Shown here one piece after another: positions 10,330 to 21,477 of a stretch of DNA of 64,000 bases. The position numbers and the translations under genes are program-made. Position 1 is the stretch's first letter. Each line of letters opens with the position of its first letter. Origin of the DNA: Candidatus Marinacidobacterales bacterium (GTDB lineage Bacteria > Acidobacteriota > Vicinamibacteria > Marinacidobacterales > SMYC01); contig OZ250169.1 in assembly GCA_965237955.1 (NCBI GenBank), forward strand, positions 928,001 to 992,000, in the 5' to 3' direction. The notes under the pieces are model-generated. The model saw nothing but the letters and a program-made list of their open reading frames with translations, did not search any database and had not been told where the DNA came from.

Positions 10330-11265
10330 ATGCGTATTTGCTCCTTGCTTCCTTCTGCGACCGAGATCGTCGGCGCACTGGGCCTCGTGGACTCGTTGGT
10401 AGGCGTCAGCTACGAGTGCGACTTTCCACGGGGCGTCCGGGACAAGCCCGTCGTCGTCAACTCGCGTCTGCCCGCGACCGAAGACCCCGCGGAGATAGAC
10501 CAGCACGTTCGGGAGTTTCTCGCGCGTGGCGAGAGTCTTTATCGGATCGAAAGCGATATTCTCCGAAAGGGCGAGCCCGACTTGATCATCACTCAATAGC
10601 TCTGCAACGTTTGTGCCGCGACGCCGGGGGATCTGGGCTCGGCTCTGAGCGAGCTCGCGGTGCAATCTAAAGTGGCCAAAGAGGCCAAAGTGCTGGCGCT
10701 CCACCCGCATCGCATCGAAGATGTGCTTGACGACATCCTCGCCGTGGGCGAAGCGACTGAACGTTTGGGCGAAGCGCGCCGACTTGTCGCTCGATTGCGG
10801 GATCGCATGGCGGCCGTCGCCAAGCATGTTGACAGTGTCGCATCGCGACCGCGCGTCCTCTGTCTGGAGTGGATCGACCCGCCGATGGTGGGCGGTCATT
10901 GGGTTCCAGAAATGGTAGAGCTCGCGGGCGGTATCGATGTTTTTGGAAAGGCTGAAAAACCTTCGTTCCGCGTGGAGTGGGATGACGTTTTCGAGGTGCG
11001 GGCCGATGTCGTCGTGGTCATGCCCTGTGGTTACGGACTCGAGAAAACGATCGGAGAGTATCGGAACACATCTTTTCCTGACGGATGGCACGACATGCCC
11101 GCGGTTCGACAGCGCCGGGTTTACGCCGTGGACGCGAATAGTTACTTCTCGCGGCCGGGTCCCCGCCTGGTGACCGGCGTCGATCTCCTCCTGCAAATGT
11201 TCCATCCGGAGGTTTCAGAGTTGGCCACGTTTTCCTCGGGAGCGGCGAAGCTAGAAGGTTCTTGA
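10330..11265 (+). pseudogene. Cobalamin/Fe-siderophore-binding protein (BtuF-like), in-frame TAG at 10597-10599
   Basis: MRICSLLPSATEIV...TQ*LCNVCA...GGHWVPEMV...FSRPGPRL. Confidence 0.85.
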
Positions 11266-11542
11266 GGCGATATGGAAAATCGAAGGCACATCTCCAATAA
11301 GGAAACCTTCAGACAGGATTGACAGGATAACAGGAAAGACTCGCAACTCGTCTATTGTTCCCATGGTGAAGGTTGGAGTGGGGCTCGCGAAAACGTCGGA
11401 TCTCCACAAGTGGGCCCGCACCGCCTATCGAGGTCGCCCACGCTCTCGCGGAGGAATCCGCTCCGGTGTTGCCGTATGATAGGAATTCGGCCGACTTATT
11501 AAACTCCTGCGGGACGCCGCCCGTATTCCTAGAAAAGGGCCC

Positions 11543-11726
11543 ATGAGTCGATATCGAAAGCTGACGTTTCTCGCCGGAGGTATCGTCGCCTTTATCCTCC
11601 TGGCCACCGTCTCCTACTTCGTGGTCCGTCAAGGGGATGCGAGCGCCGCGGCGACGGACGTCCTTAATGACGCGAAGGCCGCCGAGGGCGCCGTGCCGGT
11701 CGAAGTCGTAGAGGCGGCGACGGGCT
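11543..11726 (+). pseudogene. N-terminus of RND efflux periplasmic adaptor, truncated by IS
   Basis: TM anchor followed by AVPVEVVEAATG, then IS end at 11727. Confidence 0.55.
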
Positions 11727-12811
11727 GCCTTGGTGCACAACTCCGATAGAGGCCGAGAGCTCGCTTGGCCCCGACTCCCATCATCCGATCATCTCGCTAT
11801 CAGGCATCCCGAGCGCCGTCATCGTGTTGAGAATCTTGCACCCGATCCTTGCCTCGACTCTCTGTGCCGCCAACCCTCTCGCTCGCATCGCTGAGCCCAC
11901 GATAGCCTTGTAGCGATGGAACGTTGTCTCGACTTTGCTCCGTTTGCTGTAGCCCGATTCTGTGTGCCACTTTCGTTTGCCGAGCCGAGCTTGTGCTGCA
12001 ATGTTGCGATTGCGCTGTCGGCTGCTCGCCGGCCCCGATGCGAGCTGGGCGCCCTTGCGCGGCGGTATCAGCACCCTCGGCGAGCAATGAGCGCTGTGAT
12101 TCTCGATTGCCTCATAGACGCCGCCGGCGTCGTATGCGGTGTCAGCTCTGGCCGATGAGATGGGACTGTCGATCTGTCCGACAAGCGATGCAACCCGCGA
12201 TGAATCGCGGGCTCTTTTGCTCGTCAGCTCGCCGGCGACGACTTCGCCAGTCTGCTCGTCGACACACAGATGGAGCTTGCGATAGTCCCTGCTCTTTGGT
12301 GCTCTGCGCAGCTGGCCGGCGTGGACAGCGAGACCGCTGCTGTCGATCAAGATGTGCAACGGCGTCTTCTGCTTGTCTTGGTAGAAGGGGACCTTACCCA
12401 GCTTCGCCTTGCGCCTCGAGATCGTGGTGTGATCGGGCACATCATTGTCTAGCTTCATCAGAGCGAACAACGATCGCAGCAATCCCTCGCTCTGCCTAGA
12501 TGACAGATGAAACACCATGCCCAGGGTGACAGCCGTCTCGATGGCGTGGTTCGAGTACTTGCGTTGACGGCCCGGTTTCCTCCTCCTCGGCCGGGGCGCG
12601 TCCCAGTTCACAAGCTTGCCGGCGGTGAGCGAGATCCAGACGGTCAGGCTCCCACGGTTGCGTAGACCCGCCTCATATTCACGCCAATTCCTCACCCGAT
12701 AGGCCTTCTTCACATACTTCCGCTGAGTGCGTTTGAAAATGCTCATGGGGAACCTCGAATCCGTGAGTAAAGGACAATTGTGGACCGAGATCGCGAGTTG
12801 TGCACCAAGGC
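11727..12811 (-). mobile_element. Complete IS5-family (IS903-group) element
   Basis: 17-bp perfect inverted repeats GCCTTGGTGCACAACTC; no target duplication visible. Confidence 0.93.
11781..12746 (-). CDS. IS5/IS903-group transposase
   Basis: NWREYEAGLRNRGSLTVW, PDHTTISRR, IDSSGL, ADTAYD, RSKVET; ATG inside the IR-bounded unit. Confidence 0.92.
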   Translation of the reverse strand: MSIFKRTQRKYVKKAYRVRNWREYEAGLRNRGSLTVWISLTAGKLVNWDAPRPRRRKPGRQRKYSNHAIETAVTLGMVFHLSSRQSEGLLRSLFALMKLDNDVPDHTTISRRKAKLGKVPFYQDKQKTPLHILIDSSGLAVHAGQLRRAPKSRDYRKLHLCVDEQTGEVVAGELTSKRARDSSRVASLVGQIDSPISSARADTAYDAGGVYEAIENHSAHCSPRVLIPPRKGAQLASGPASSRQRNRNIAAQARLGKRKWHTESGYSKRSKVETTFHRYKAIVGSAMRARGLAAQRVEARIGCKILNTMTALGMPDSEMIG

Positions 12812-12905
12812 ACAGACGGGTGACATTTTGGCGTCGGAGCTCACCACGAACAACGAGGGGGATGCTTCCCAGGTATCGATTCTGCTCGCACAGATCGACG
12901 AGGCC
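12812..12905 (+). pseudogene. Internal fragment of a different IS903-like transposase
   Basis: QTGDILASELTTNNEGDASQVSILLAQIDEA aligns by eye with QTGEVVAGELTSKRARDSSRVASLVGQIDSP of the neighbouring copy. Confidence 0.65.
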
Positions 12906-13082
12906 ATTTATCTCGTGAAGAGCAATTCCGGCATCCCCACCGCCGTCGATCCAGCCACGGGACAAGCGCACGACGGTCCGGTTCGACTCGACGGTATCTT
13001 CGAGATCTACGCTTCGCCGGTGGGTGTCGCCGGCAACGTCATCATTCTCGGGCGGGACGGCAACGCCCTCGTTCTCGAGAAC
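12906..13082 (+). pseudogene. Fragment of PQQ-like (BamB-like) beta-propeller
   Basis: GPVRLDGIFEIYASPVGVAGNV parallels GPFRLGGLGNIYASPVGAGGRV in the 24-25 kb gene. Confidence 0.6.
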
Positions 13083-13165
13083 GTCGTTGCACTACGCCTG
13101 GCGTTCGGATACGGTTCCGCAGCCGGCACGACGACTCGGTTGCCGCGCATGAGGAAACGACCGAA

Positions 13166-14860
13166 ATGAAACAACAACTCGTCGAATGCGTTCCCAACTT
13201 CAGCGAAGGGAACGACATGTCGGTCATCAAGCAGATCACGTCGGAGATCGAGGGTGTCGAGGGCGTGAAGCTTCTCGATGTGGATCCGGGAAAGGCGACG
13301 AACAGAACGGTCGTCACCTTCGTGGGGACTCCGAAGGAGGTGATCGCAGCGGCGGTCCGGGCAGCGAGCAAGGCCGCCGAGCTCATCGACATGAGCCAGC
13401 ATTACGGCGAGCATCCCCGCTTCGGCGCCATCGATGTCTGTCCCTTGATCCCGGTGGCCAACATCACCATGGAAGAGACGGTGCAGCACGCCCACGAGCT
13501 CGCGAGACGGTTGGGAGAGGAAGTGGGTCTCACGATCTATTGCTACGAGCACGCGGCGCGAACGGAGCGGCGGAGAAACCTGGCGGTAGTGCGTGAAGGC
13601 GAGTACGAAGGGCTCAAGGACAGGCTCGCGAGCCCGGATTGGAAGCCCGATTTCGGTCCCGCTACATTCAACCCGAGGTCGGGGGCCACCGCCGTCGGAG
13701 CGCGGGACTTTCTCGTCGCCTATAACGTCAACTTGAACACCACGTCCACCCGTCGCGCCAACGCCATCGCCTTCGACGTGCGCGAGAAGGGACGCAAGAA
13801 ACGCGAGGGGAACCCGCTAACGGGGCGCGTCGTCAAGGACGAGAAAGGCGAGGACGTCTGGGTTCCAGGGTCCCTGAAAAGTGTCAAGGCCATCGGCTGG
13901 TTCATCAAAGAGTACGGCATCGCTCAGATCTCGATGAACCTCACCAATCTCGGCGTGGCTCCGGTTCACGTAGCCTTCGACGAAGTCTGCGAGAAGGCGC
14001 GACAAAGAGGCGTCCGGGTGACCGGCAGCGAGCTCGTCGGCCTCATCCCACTCAAGGCGATCCTCAATGCGGGCCGCTTCTTTCTCAGAAAGCAGGAGCG
14101 GTCGACCGGCGTCTCGGACGAGGAGCTCATCAAGATCGCCGTCAAGTCGCTCGGTTTGAACGATCTCTATCCTTTCAAGCCGGACGAGAAGATCATCGAA
14201 TACGCCATGGCGGACCGCTCGAAAGGACGACTGATTGACATGACGGTCGCGGACTTCACCCACGAGACGGCCAGCGAATCTCCCGCTCCCGGAGGTGGTT
14301 CCATCTCCGCCGCGGTCGGGGCCCTGGGCGCCGCGCTCGCGACCATGGTGGCAAACCTGTCAGCGCACAAGTGGGGCTGGGACGATCGTTGGGAAGAGTT
14401 CTCGACCTGGGCGGAGAAAGGCAAGAACTATCACGACGAGCTACTAGCCCTTGTGGACGAAGACACCGAAGCCTTCAACAAGGTCATGGACGTCTTCGCC
14501 ATGGCAAGAGACACGAAGGCACAGAAGGCCGAAAGAAAGCGCTCGATGCAGGAGGCGACGAAATACGCCATGGACGTTCCGTTCAGGGTGATGCAGAGCT
14601 CTTTCGATTCCATGGAAGTGATCAGGGCGATGGCGGAGAAAGGCAACCCGAGCTCCGTCTCCGATGCCGGCGTCGGGGCGCTCTGCGCCCGCACCGCCGT
14701 TTCGGGAGCGTATCTCAACATCAAGACCAACGCCGCTGGACTCGAGGACAAGAAGTTCGTGGACGACATGCTCAAAAAAGCCGAAGAGATCGAGAAGAAG
14801 GCCTTGTCTCTCGAACAAGAGATACTCGCCATCGTGAACCGTCACATCTCTTCTTCTTAG
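13166..14860 (+). CDS. ftcD: Glutamate formimidoyltransferase / formimidoyltetrahydrofolate cyclodeaminase
   Basis: LVECVPNFSEG, HPRFGAIDVCP, PAPGGGSISA, GNPSSVSDAGVG. Confidence 0.96.
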   Translation: MKQQLVECVPNFSEGNDMSVIKQITSEIEGVEGVKLLDVDPGKATNRTVVTFVGTPKEVIAAAVRAASKAAELIDMSQHYGEHPRFGAIDVCPLIPVANITMEETVQHAHELARRLGEEVGLTIYCYEHAARTERRRNLAVVREGEYEGLKDRLASPDWKPDFGPATFNPRSGATAVGARDFLVAYNVNLNTTSTRRANAIAFDVREKGRKKREGNPLTGRVVKDEKGEDVWVPGSLKSVKAIGWFIKEYGIAQISMNLTNLGVAPVHVAFDEVCEKARQRGVRVTGSELVGLIPLKAILNAGRFFLRKQERSTGVSDEELIKIAVKSLGLNDLYPFKPDEKIIEYAMADRSKGRLIDMTVADFTHETASESPAPGGGSISAAVGALGAALATMVANLSAHKWGWDDRWEEFSTWAEKGKNYHDELLALVDEDTEAFNKVMDVFAMARDTKAQKAERKRSMQEATKYAMDVPFRVMQSSFDSMEVIRAMAEKGNPSSVSDAGVGALCARTAVSGAYLNIKTNAAGLEDKKFVDDMLKKAEEIEKKALSLEQEILAIVNRHISSS

Positions 14861-15030
14861 GTTTCCCTCCCGGCTCCTGTCTCACGGATAACGGATAGGT
14901 AGTTCTATCGAGGCTATCGGCCGCGAGTGAGCGCGCGACGACGCGGGATAAGGCACACGAGTGTTCGGAGCCGTCGACCGTGCACGCGGTACCTCCTCTG
15001 CCAGAGAGACGACTTGTTCGGAACGGCGCC

Positions 15031-16461
15031 TCAAGCCAGGATCTTTTCGGCCACCACGCCCGCGACGTCCGTCAGCCGGAAGTCCCGCCCGCTGAAGCGG
15101 TAGGTCAGCTTCTCGTGATCCATCCCGAGCAAGTGCAGAACCGTCGCGTGGAAATCGTGGATGTGCATGCGATCCTCGACAGCGTGGTAGCCGATGTCAT
15201 CGGTCGCGCCATAGACGAACCCCGCTTTGACACCGCCCCCCGCCATCCAGATCGTGTAGCCATAGGGGTTGTGATCGCGCCCGTCCCCGCCCTCCGAGAC
15301 CGGCGTGCGCCCGAACTCTCCGGCCCAGATGACAAGCGTGTCCTTCAGCAAATCGCGTGATTTGAGATCGCGGACGAGGCCCGCAATCGGACGGTCGACC
15401 TCGCGCGCGTTCTTGCTGTGATCAGAAAATAGATTCGTGTGCTGATCCCACTTGTAGCTGTGGGTGCATTGGATATAACGCACGTCCCGCTCGACCAGTC
15501 GGCGTGCCAGCAGACATTGCCACGCGAAATCCGCGGTCAGGGGATCGTCGAGGCCGTAGAGCTTCTTGGTCGCTATCGACTCGCTCTCGACATCGAAGGC
15601 CTCCGGCGCCTCCACTTGCATGCGCGCTGCGAGCTCGAAGGATTGGATGCGGGCTTCGAGCTCCGGATCGGAGCGTCTCAAATCGGCGTGCCGTCGATTG
15701 ATGTTCTCGAGCATCTCGAGCTCGTAGCCTTGCTGCTCGCCGGTAAGCTCTTTTTGGACGAGATATTCGATCGGCTCCGCGCGCAACGTCTCCACCTCGA
15801 GCCCCGCATGTCCGATGGCCGTTCCCTGATAGGCGCCGGGCAAGAAAGCCGAGCTCCAATTCTTGGCGCCGCCATGGGAAAGCGTCGGCTTGATGGTGAT
15901 GAATCCGGGCAGATTCTCGTTTTCGCTACCGAGGCCGTATACCGTCCACGACCCCATGCTCGGGCGGGTAAACGTACTCGTACCCGTGAACGTCTGAAGC
16001 ATCGCCGCGCCGTGGTCGACGCCTTCCCCGACCATCGAGCGGATGATGCATAGCTCGTCCACGACGTCTCGCACCTCCGGAAACAAATCGCTCACCGGGA
16101 TGCCGCTCTTTCCCCCTGGATGGAAATCCCAAAGAGGCTTCATCAAGGGACCCGGGGGGTGCTCGTCGTCAAAGGCCAGTGGCCGTTTGATGGGAAGCGG
16201 CTTTCCGTGATCGCGATAAAGACGCGGCTTGGGGTCGAAGATGTCGATGCTCGACGGGCCGCCATGCATGAATAGAAAGATCACGCGTTTCGCACGGGGC
16301 TCGAAATGAGGCTCGCGCGGTGCCAGCGGGTTCTGGGCGGCGGCCGCGAGCCCCGTGCGGTCGGCGAGCAGGTCGGAAAGACCGAACAGGCCAAAGCCGT
16401 AAGCCGTTCCACGCAGGAGGCCCCTGCGGGTCACCGGTATTCTGGACAGCTCCCTGTACAT
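15031..16461 (-). CDS. DUF1501 domain protein (Tat signal)
   Basis: TRRGLL, VIFLFMHGGPSS, GEFGRTP, GRDHNP, GRDFRLTDVAG. Confidence 0.92.
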   Translation of the reverse strand: MYRELSRIPVTRRGLLRGTAYGFGLFGLSDLLADRTGLAAAAQNPLAPREPHFEPRAKRVIFLFMHGGPSSIDIFDPKPRLYRDHGKPLPIKRPLAFDDEHPPGPLMKPLWDFHPGGKSGIPVSDLFPEVRDVVDELCIIRSMVGEGVDHGAAMLQTFTGTSTFTRPSMGSWTVYGLGSENENLPGFITIKPTLSHGGAKNWSSAFLPGAYQGTAIGHAGLEVETLRAEPIEYLVQKELTGEQQGYELEMLENINRRHADLRRSDPELEARIQSFELAARMQVEAPEAFDVESESIATKKLYGLDDPLTADFAWQCLLARRLVERDVRYIQCTHSYKWDQHTNLFSDHSKNAREVDRPIAGLVRDLKSRDLLKDTLVIWAGEFGRTPVSEGGDGRDHNPYGYTIWMAGGGVKAGFVYGATDDIGYHAVEDRMHIHDFHATVLHLLGMDHEKLTYRFSGRDFRLTDVAGVVAEKILA

Positions 16462-16472
16462 CGTTGTGGTCG

Positions 16473-19319
16473 TCAATCTACGTAGATGAACTCGTTGGAG
16501 GCCATCAGAATCTTGCAGAGGCTCTTCCACGCGCCACGCTCCGCCAAAACACCCGGAAACCTTATCATGAGCCGCTCTACGTAACCGCTACCCGATTCGA
16601 TTTCCTCCCCGGTCGCGGGGCGGTTCAGGATCGCGAGATAGGCGCGATGGATACGCCTTGCAACGTCCCCGTCAGTCTCCTCCAGAAGCGACGCCGCGAG
16701 GTTACCGGCCCGTTCAGCGACAAATGTGCTGTTCATCATGAACAGCGCCTGTGGCGGTACGTTCGTGCTCGACCTCTTCGCCACGGAGTTCACCGCATCG
16801 CCGAAGTCGAACAAGCCGAGAAGCGGCGGCAGATTGGCGCGGCGGAGAGGCAAGTAAACCGTTCTCCGGTGGACGGTGGATGGATCGAGGCTGAGCCTAT
16901 CGTTACTGTTCTCGGGGTCCGTACCCACGCGGTCGTCGAGCGTGCCCCCCATCGTGAAGTCGAGCGACCCGTCTATCGCAAGTAGGCCGTCACGAATCTC
17001 CTCGACATCGAGCCTGCGCCGAGAGAAATGCGACAAGAAACGGTTCTCCGGATCGCGCAGGTGGGCCTCGGGCGAGATGTCACTCGACATGCGATAGGCG
17101 CTCGAACGCAGTATGCGGCGGTGCAGATCCTTGATCGACCAGCCGCTCGCGACGAAACGACGGGCGAGATAGTCTAGAAGCTCTGGATGGCTCGGGACCT
17201 CACCCATTTTTCCAAAGTTGCTCGACGTACGGACCAACCCCTCGCCGAAGTGCCACTGCCACACGCGATTGACCATCACTCTCGCCGTAAGAGGGTGCTC
17301 GGGCGTCGTGAGCCATTGCGCGAGCTCGAGCCGTCCACTTGTCGAGAGCTCCGGAAGTGGGGGGTCGTCCTCGAGGATGGAAAGAAATCCCATGGGCGCG
17401 TCTTCCCCTGGAGTTCGATAGTCCCCTCGGAGGAACACCTTCTGCAAAAAGGGCTCCCCCTCCGCTACAGCGGAGGCCATCGGAGGCGTGGGCGGCGCGG
17501 ACTTCTCTAGCGCTGCGAGCTGCTCCTCGAGCTCACGCAAGCGTTTGATCGTCTCGGTGGAGAAAGCATTTTCATAGTCGTCTTCGGAGACGGCCAACGG
17601 ACCGTCGTCGTCGAAGTGGACGCCGTAGTGGAAGCGGACCGTTCCCGGGAGAATCTCGGGTCGCTTCGGCGGAGGCTCGTCCATCTCCGGACGCGCCGCG
17701 AGGATCTCGTTCCATCGTTCCCCGATCTTGGCGTTCCATTCGGAAAGGTCGGCCCGGTCCTGGTCACGATAGGCCCGCGCCACGTCGGGACGCGCGCGCA
17801 GAGACGCTTCGCGCCACGCCGCCATATGCGGTCTCGGAATCTCACGCGGCTCCAGATAGGCCACCCAGGATTCCAAGAGGTCCGGATCGAGTTCCATCTC
17901 GCTGGCAACAGCCGCGGAGTCCTCGCCGCCCCCGTGGACGCGTTCGGACGCGAGCATGTAGGCGTCTATTTCTGGAACCAGCCGCTCGTTGCGGCGCGCT
18001 AGCGCCTCGTCGACGACATTCTGGATATCGGCCCTCCTGTGGAGAATAAGATTCTGCGACCGCCGATAGATTTCGTAAATCGGCTCGGGCACGAGCGGGC
18101 GCGACCAACGCGAGAAGTCGCGACGATCATCATCGGCGAAGCTTTCGGTGCGCGCAAAAATGGAGACCATCGAGTAGTAATCCCGCGTCGGGATGGGATC
18201 GAATTTATGATCGTGGCAACGCGCGCAGGTCACGGTGAGCCCGAGAAAGGCCTTCGAGACGACGTCGAGCTGCTCGTCATAGATGTCGTAGAGCATGCGC
18301 TTTTTATCCTGCTGAGCCAGCGCTTTGGGGCCGAGCGCGAGAAAGCCCGTCGCGACGATGCCTTGCACGTTCACCTCGCCGCCGTCCTCAGCGGGAAGAA
18401 GGTCGCCCGCAACCTGCTCCTGCACGAAGCGGACATACGGCAGGTCTTCATTGAAGGCCCGGATTACGTAGTCGCGGTAGCGCCATCCATGCGGATAGCG
18501 AACGTCCTCGTCGTTGCCCGTGGAATCCGCGTAACGCGCTACATCCAACCAGTGCCGGCCCCAGCGCTCGCCATAGCGCGGCGAAGCGAGCAACCGCTCG
18601 ACGACAGCGTCAAATGCCGACGGGGAGTCGTCGGAGACGAAGTTTCGAATCTCGTCTGCGGTCGGCGGGAGTCCTGTGAGGTCGTACGTCACCCGCCTCA
18701 AAAGAGTGAGCTTGTGCGCCGGCGGCGCGGGCTCGAGGCCCTCCGCGTCGAGTTTCGCGAGGAGGAAACGATCGATGGCGCCGAGGGGCCACGATCCCGG
18801 GACGGCCGGCGGGGCCGGATCGCTCATCGTCTGGAACGCCCAAAAGCTCCTTTGTTCCTTCGTGAAAGCCGCCTCTACGTCGGAAGGCACCGAAGCCGGC
18901 CCCGCATCGGGCCACGGCGCTCCCATCTCGACCCAAGTGCGAAACGCCTCGATCGCTTTGGGCGCAAGCCTGCCATCCGGGGGCATCTTCACGCGGCCCT
19001 CGTAGCTGATGGCGGCGAGCAATCGCGAGCGCTCCGGTGCTTCCGAACGCAACGGATTCGACAGATTCGACAGATTTGACAAATTTAACAAATTTAACAG
19101 GGGGCCTGTCGTCGCACCCTTCGCGAATCCCGCGGCGCTCGTCAAATCGAGCCCACCTTCCAAAACCGCCGGGTTGTGACACGCGACACAACGCTCGACG
19201 AGGATGGGGCGGACCGATTTTTCGAAGAGCTCCCTGTCGAGCTCCTGAGCCGGCAGAAGCGACGACAAGAGGCCGAACACGAGCATGAGCGTAGCGTGCA
19301 ACGCAGGATTCGTGGCCAT
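16473..19319 (-). CDS. PSD1 and planctomycete cytochrome c domain protein (DUF1549/DUF1553)
   Basis: CVACH, YGERWGRHWLDVARYADS, CARCHDHKFDP, NRVWQWHFGEG. Confidence 0.93.
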   Translation of the reverse strand: MATNPALHATLMLVFGLLSSLLPAQELDRELFEKSVRPILVERCVACHNPAVLEGGLDLTSAAGFAKGATTGPLLNLLNLSNLSNLSNPLRSEAPERSRLLAAISYEGRVKMPPDGRLAPKAIEAFRTWVEMGAPWPDAGPASVPSDVEAAFTKEQRSFWAFQTMSDPAPPAVPGSWPLGAIDRFLLAKLDAEGLEPAPPAHKLTLLRRVTYDLTGLPPTADEIRNFVSDDSPSAFDAVVERLLASPRYGERWGRHWLDVARYADSTGNDEDVRYPHGWRYRDYVIRAFNEDLPYVRFVQEQVAGDLLPAEDGGEVNVQGIVATGFLALGPKALAQQDKKRMLYDIYDEQLDVVSKAFLGLTVTCARCHDHKFDPIPTRDYYSMVSIFARTESFADDDRRDFSRWSRPLVPEPIYEIYRRSQNLILHRRADIQNVVDEALARRNERLVPEIDAYMLASERVHGGGEDSAAVASEMELDPDLLESWVAYLEPREIPRPHMAAWREASLRARPDVARAYRDQDRADLSEWNAKIGERWNEILAARPEMDEPPPKRPEILPGTVRFHYGVHFDDDGPLAVSEDDYENAFSTETIKRLRELEEQLAALEKSAPPTPPMASAVAEGEPFLQKVFLRGDYRTPGEDAPMGFLSILEDDPPLPELSTSGRLELAQWLTTPEHPLTARVMVNRVWQWHFGEGLVRTSSNFGKMGEVPSHPELLDYLARRFVASGWSIKDLHRRILRSSAYRMSSDISPEAHLRDPENRFLSHFSRRRLDVEEIRDGLLAIDGSLDFTMGGTLDDRVGTDPENSNDRLSLDPSTVHRRTVYLPLRRANLPPLLGLFDFGDAVNSVAKRSSTNVPPQALFMMNSTFVAERAGNLAASLLEETDGDVARRIHRAYLAILNRPATGEEIESGSGYVERLMIRFPGVLAERGAWKSLCKILMASNEFIYVD
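19052..19099. repeat. In-frame 9-bp tandem repeat (5 copies) within PSD1 gene
   Basis: acggattcg acagattcg acagatttg acaaattta acaaattta; encodes LLNLLNLSNLSNLSNP. Confidence 0.8.
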
Positions 19320-19958
19320 GTTCTTCAGAAAATATGCCCATCAGAGCCCTCATGTCAACAACCGATAGGCTATTCTGACTTCGATAACTGGTGCTTCCGC
19401 AATCAAGGGTGCCTGCGCCGGCCGCTGTTGAGCTGTCGCCCTCAAGTAGGTGAGTCGGTGCCCCCCTGGACGATCCCCATCGCGCCTCTCCTTTTTAGGC
19501 CGGAGATGCGGACGCCGATCGTCAAGATTGCGGCGATGACCGACAAGGACCACACGACATCCGTTTCTGGGCGGCTTCACGATGAGCCGGCACCCGGAAA
19601 CGGTTCCGATAACCGAGAGCCGCGCCCAGCTTGAACAAATCGTCCTCGAGGCCAAGATGCTCGCGGGCGTTACCCACGTTACCGAAGAGCTCTCTGTTTT
19701 GCCCTTGCACCCGTTCTCCCAAAGCCCGCGGCCATCTCCTCCGCCAAGCGACGCCCCACGTCTGTCTATACACACCAATACCCCCAAAAGGAGTCGTCTG
19801 ACATCGAGTCCACGGGCACCCGAGGCTCTGATATCCTCGTCGAGGCGAGCGGCCGGTTACGGCCTGCATGCAAGCTGAGAAAATTGGACCCAATACGCTT
19901 ACGATGGCCTGTGATTTTTCCTATCCTTTATACCCTCATTCCCGAAAGGAGAGACACT

Positions 19959-21477
19959 ATGAGCTCGACGCGTCGGAGGCCTCACGCATCGGTGCTTGCG
20001 CTCGGAGCCTTTTCGCTCATTGGATGCGCGGCCCCTCAGTCCACCGACACGAAGCCAGCGGGAGAGGGCGAACGTCCTCTTCATTTCCATCGACGATCTG
20101 AACGACTGGATCACGCCTCTGGGTGGTCATCCGCAGTCAAGAACGCCGAACTTGGAGCGTCTGGCACGAGAGGGTGTGACCTTCACGCGCACCTACACCG
20201 CCTCGCCAGCGTGCAATCCCTCGCGGACGGCGCTCTTGACCGGGCTCCACCCTTACAGCACGGGCCTGTACTCGAACTACCAGTACTGGCGGAAGGTGCT
20301 TCCGGACGCCGAGACGCTGCCGGGCTACTTCAAGGACCACGGCTACTGGACGGGTGGTGCCGGCAAGATCTTCCACAACACCGAGCCCCATCCGCCGTCG
20401 TGGAACGAATACTTTCCTTCCAAAGAAGATACGATGCCAGACTACTTTCATCCCAGGCCCGGTGAGACGGTGAACATGCCCCGCTTCGAGAACATGTCCG
20501 GTGTTTTCGACTGGTCGCCCATCGATATCCCCGATGAGGAGACCGGGGACTATCGCTCGGTGAGTTGGGTGATCGAGCAACTCTAGCGCGAGCACGATCG
20601 TCCCTTCTTTCTCGCCGCCGGAATCTACCGCCCGCATACTCCCTTCTACGTACCGCGCGAGTACTTCGATTTGTTTCCGCTTGAATCGATCGAGCTTCCG
20701 AAGACGCTCGGAGGCGACCTGGACGACGTTTCAGAGCGGGGGCGCGAGATCGCCCGCCGGGCTGGCAACTACCATTCTCACGTCGTCGAGGCCGGCCAGT
20801 GGAAACAGGCGGTACAGGGCTATCTCGCCTCCATCGCCTTTGCCGATGCGCTGGTGGGAAGGCTACTCGAGGCGCTCGAGCGAAGTCCGTACGCCAACAA
20901 CACCATTGTCGTCCTCTGGTCCGACCATGGCTGGCAGCTGGGAGAGAAGGAGCACTGGAGGAAATTCGCCCTCTGGGACAACGTGGCGAGGACGGTGCTG
21001 ATGATGAAAGTTCCGAGCGGCACGCCCGGTCTGCCCCAGGGCTCGAAGGCGGGGAGCCGCGTCGAGCGCGTCACCTCGCTCGTGGATCTCTTTCCCACTC
21101 TCGTCGAGCTTGCCGGCCTACCCGCGAAGGACGGGTTGGACGGCCGCAGCCTGGCACCGCTCCTCGCGGATCCGCAGGCGGTGTGGGATCACCCGGCGAT
21201 CACGACGTATGACATCTTCGAGTTCTCCATCCGCACCGAGGACTGGCGCTACATCCGCTACATCGACGACAGCGAGGAGCTTTACGACCACCGGAACGAC
21301 CCGGAGGAGTGGACGAACCTGGCGGACGATCCCGAGCACGCGGAGGTCAAGGCGCGGCTGGCAGGTTACATCCCCCGGAATCCGGCTCCCTTCGTCGAGA
21401 CGTCCTTTCAGCTCATGCCGCATCATGTGCGCCCCTTTCGCAGCAAAGAGGATTACGAGACCAGCCGGCAGGATTAG
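19959..21477 (+). pseudogene. Sulfatase (iduronate/choline sulfatase-like lipoprotein), frameshift near 20068 and TAG at 20584-20586
   Basis: Lipobox LIGC, NVLFISIDD, CNPSRTALLTG, GKIFH, SDHGWQLGEK. Confidence 0.9.

Noticed and set aside
1064-12811. Composite transposon formed by the two inverted IS903-like copies
   Set aside because: The left copy lacks its outer end within the window, there are no matching duplications, and both inner ends truncate genes independently
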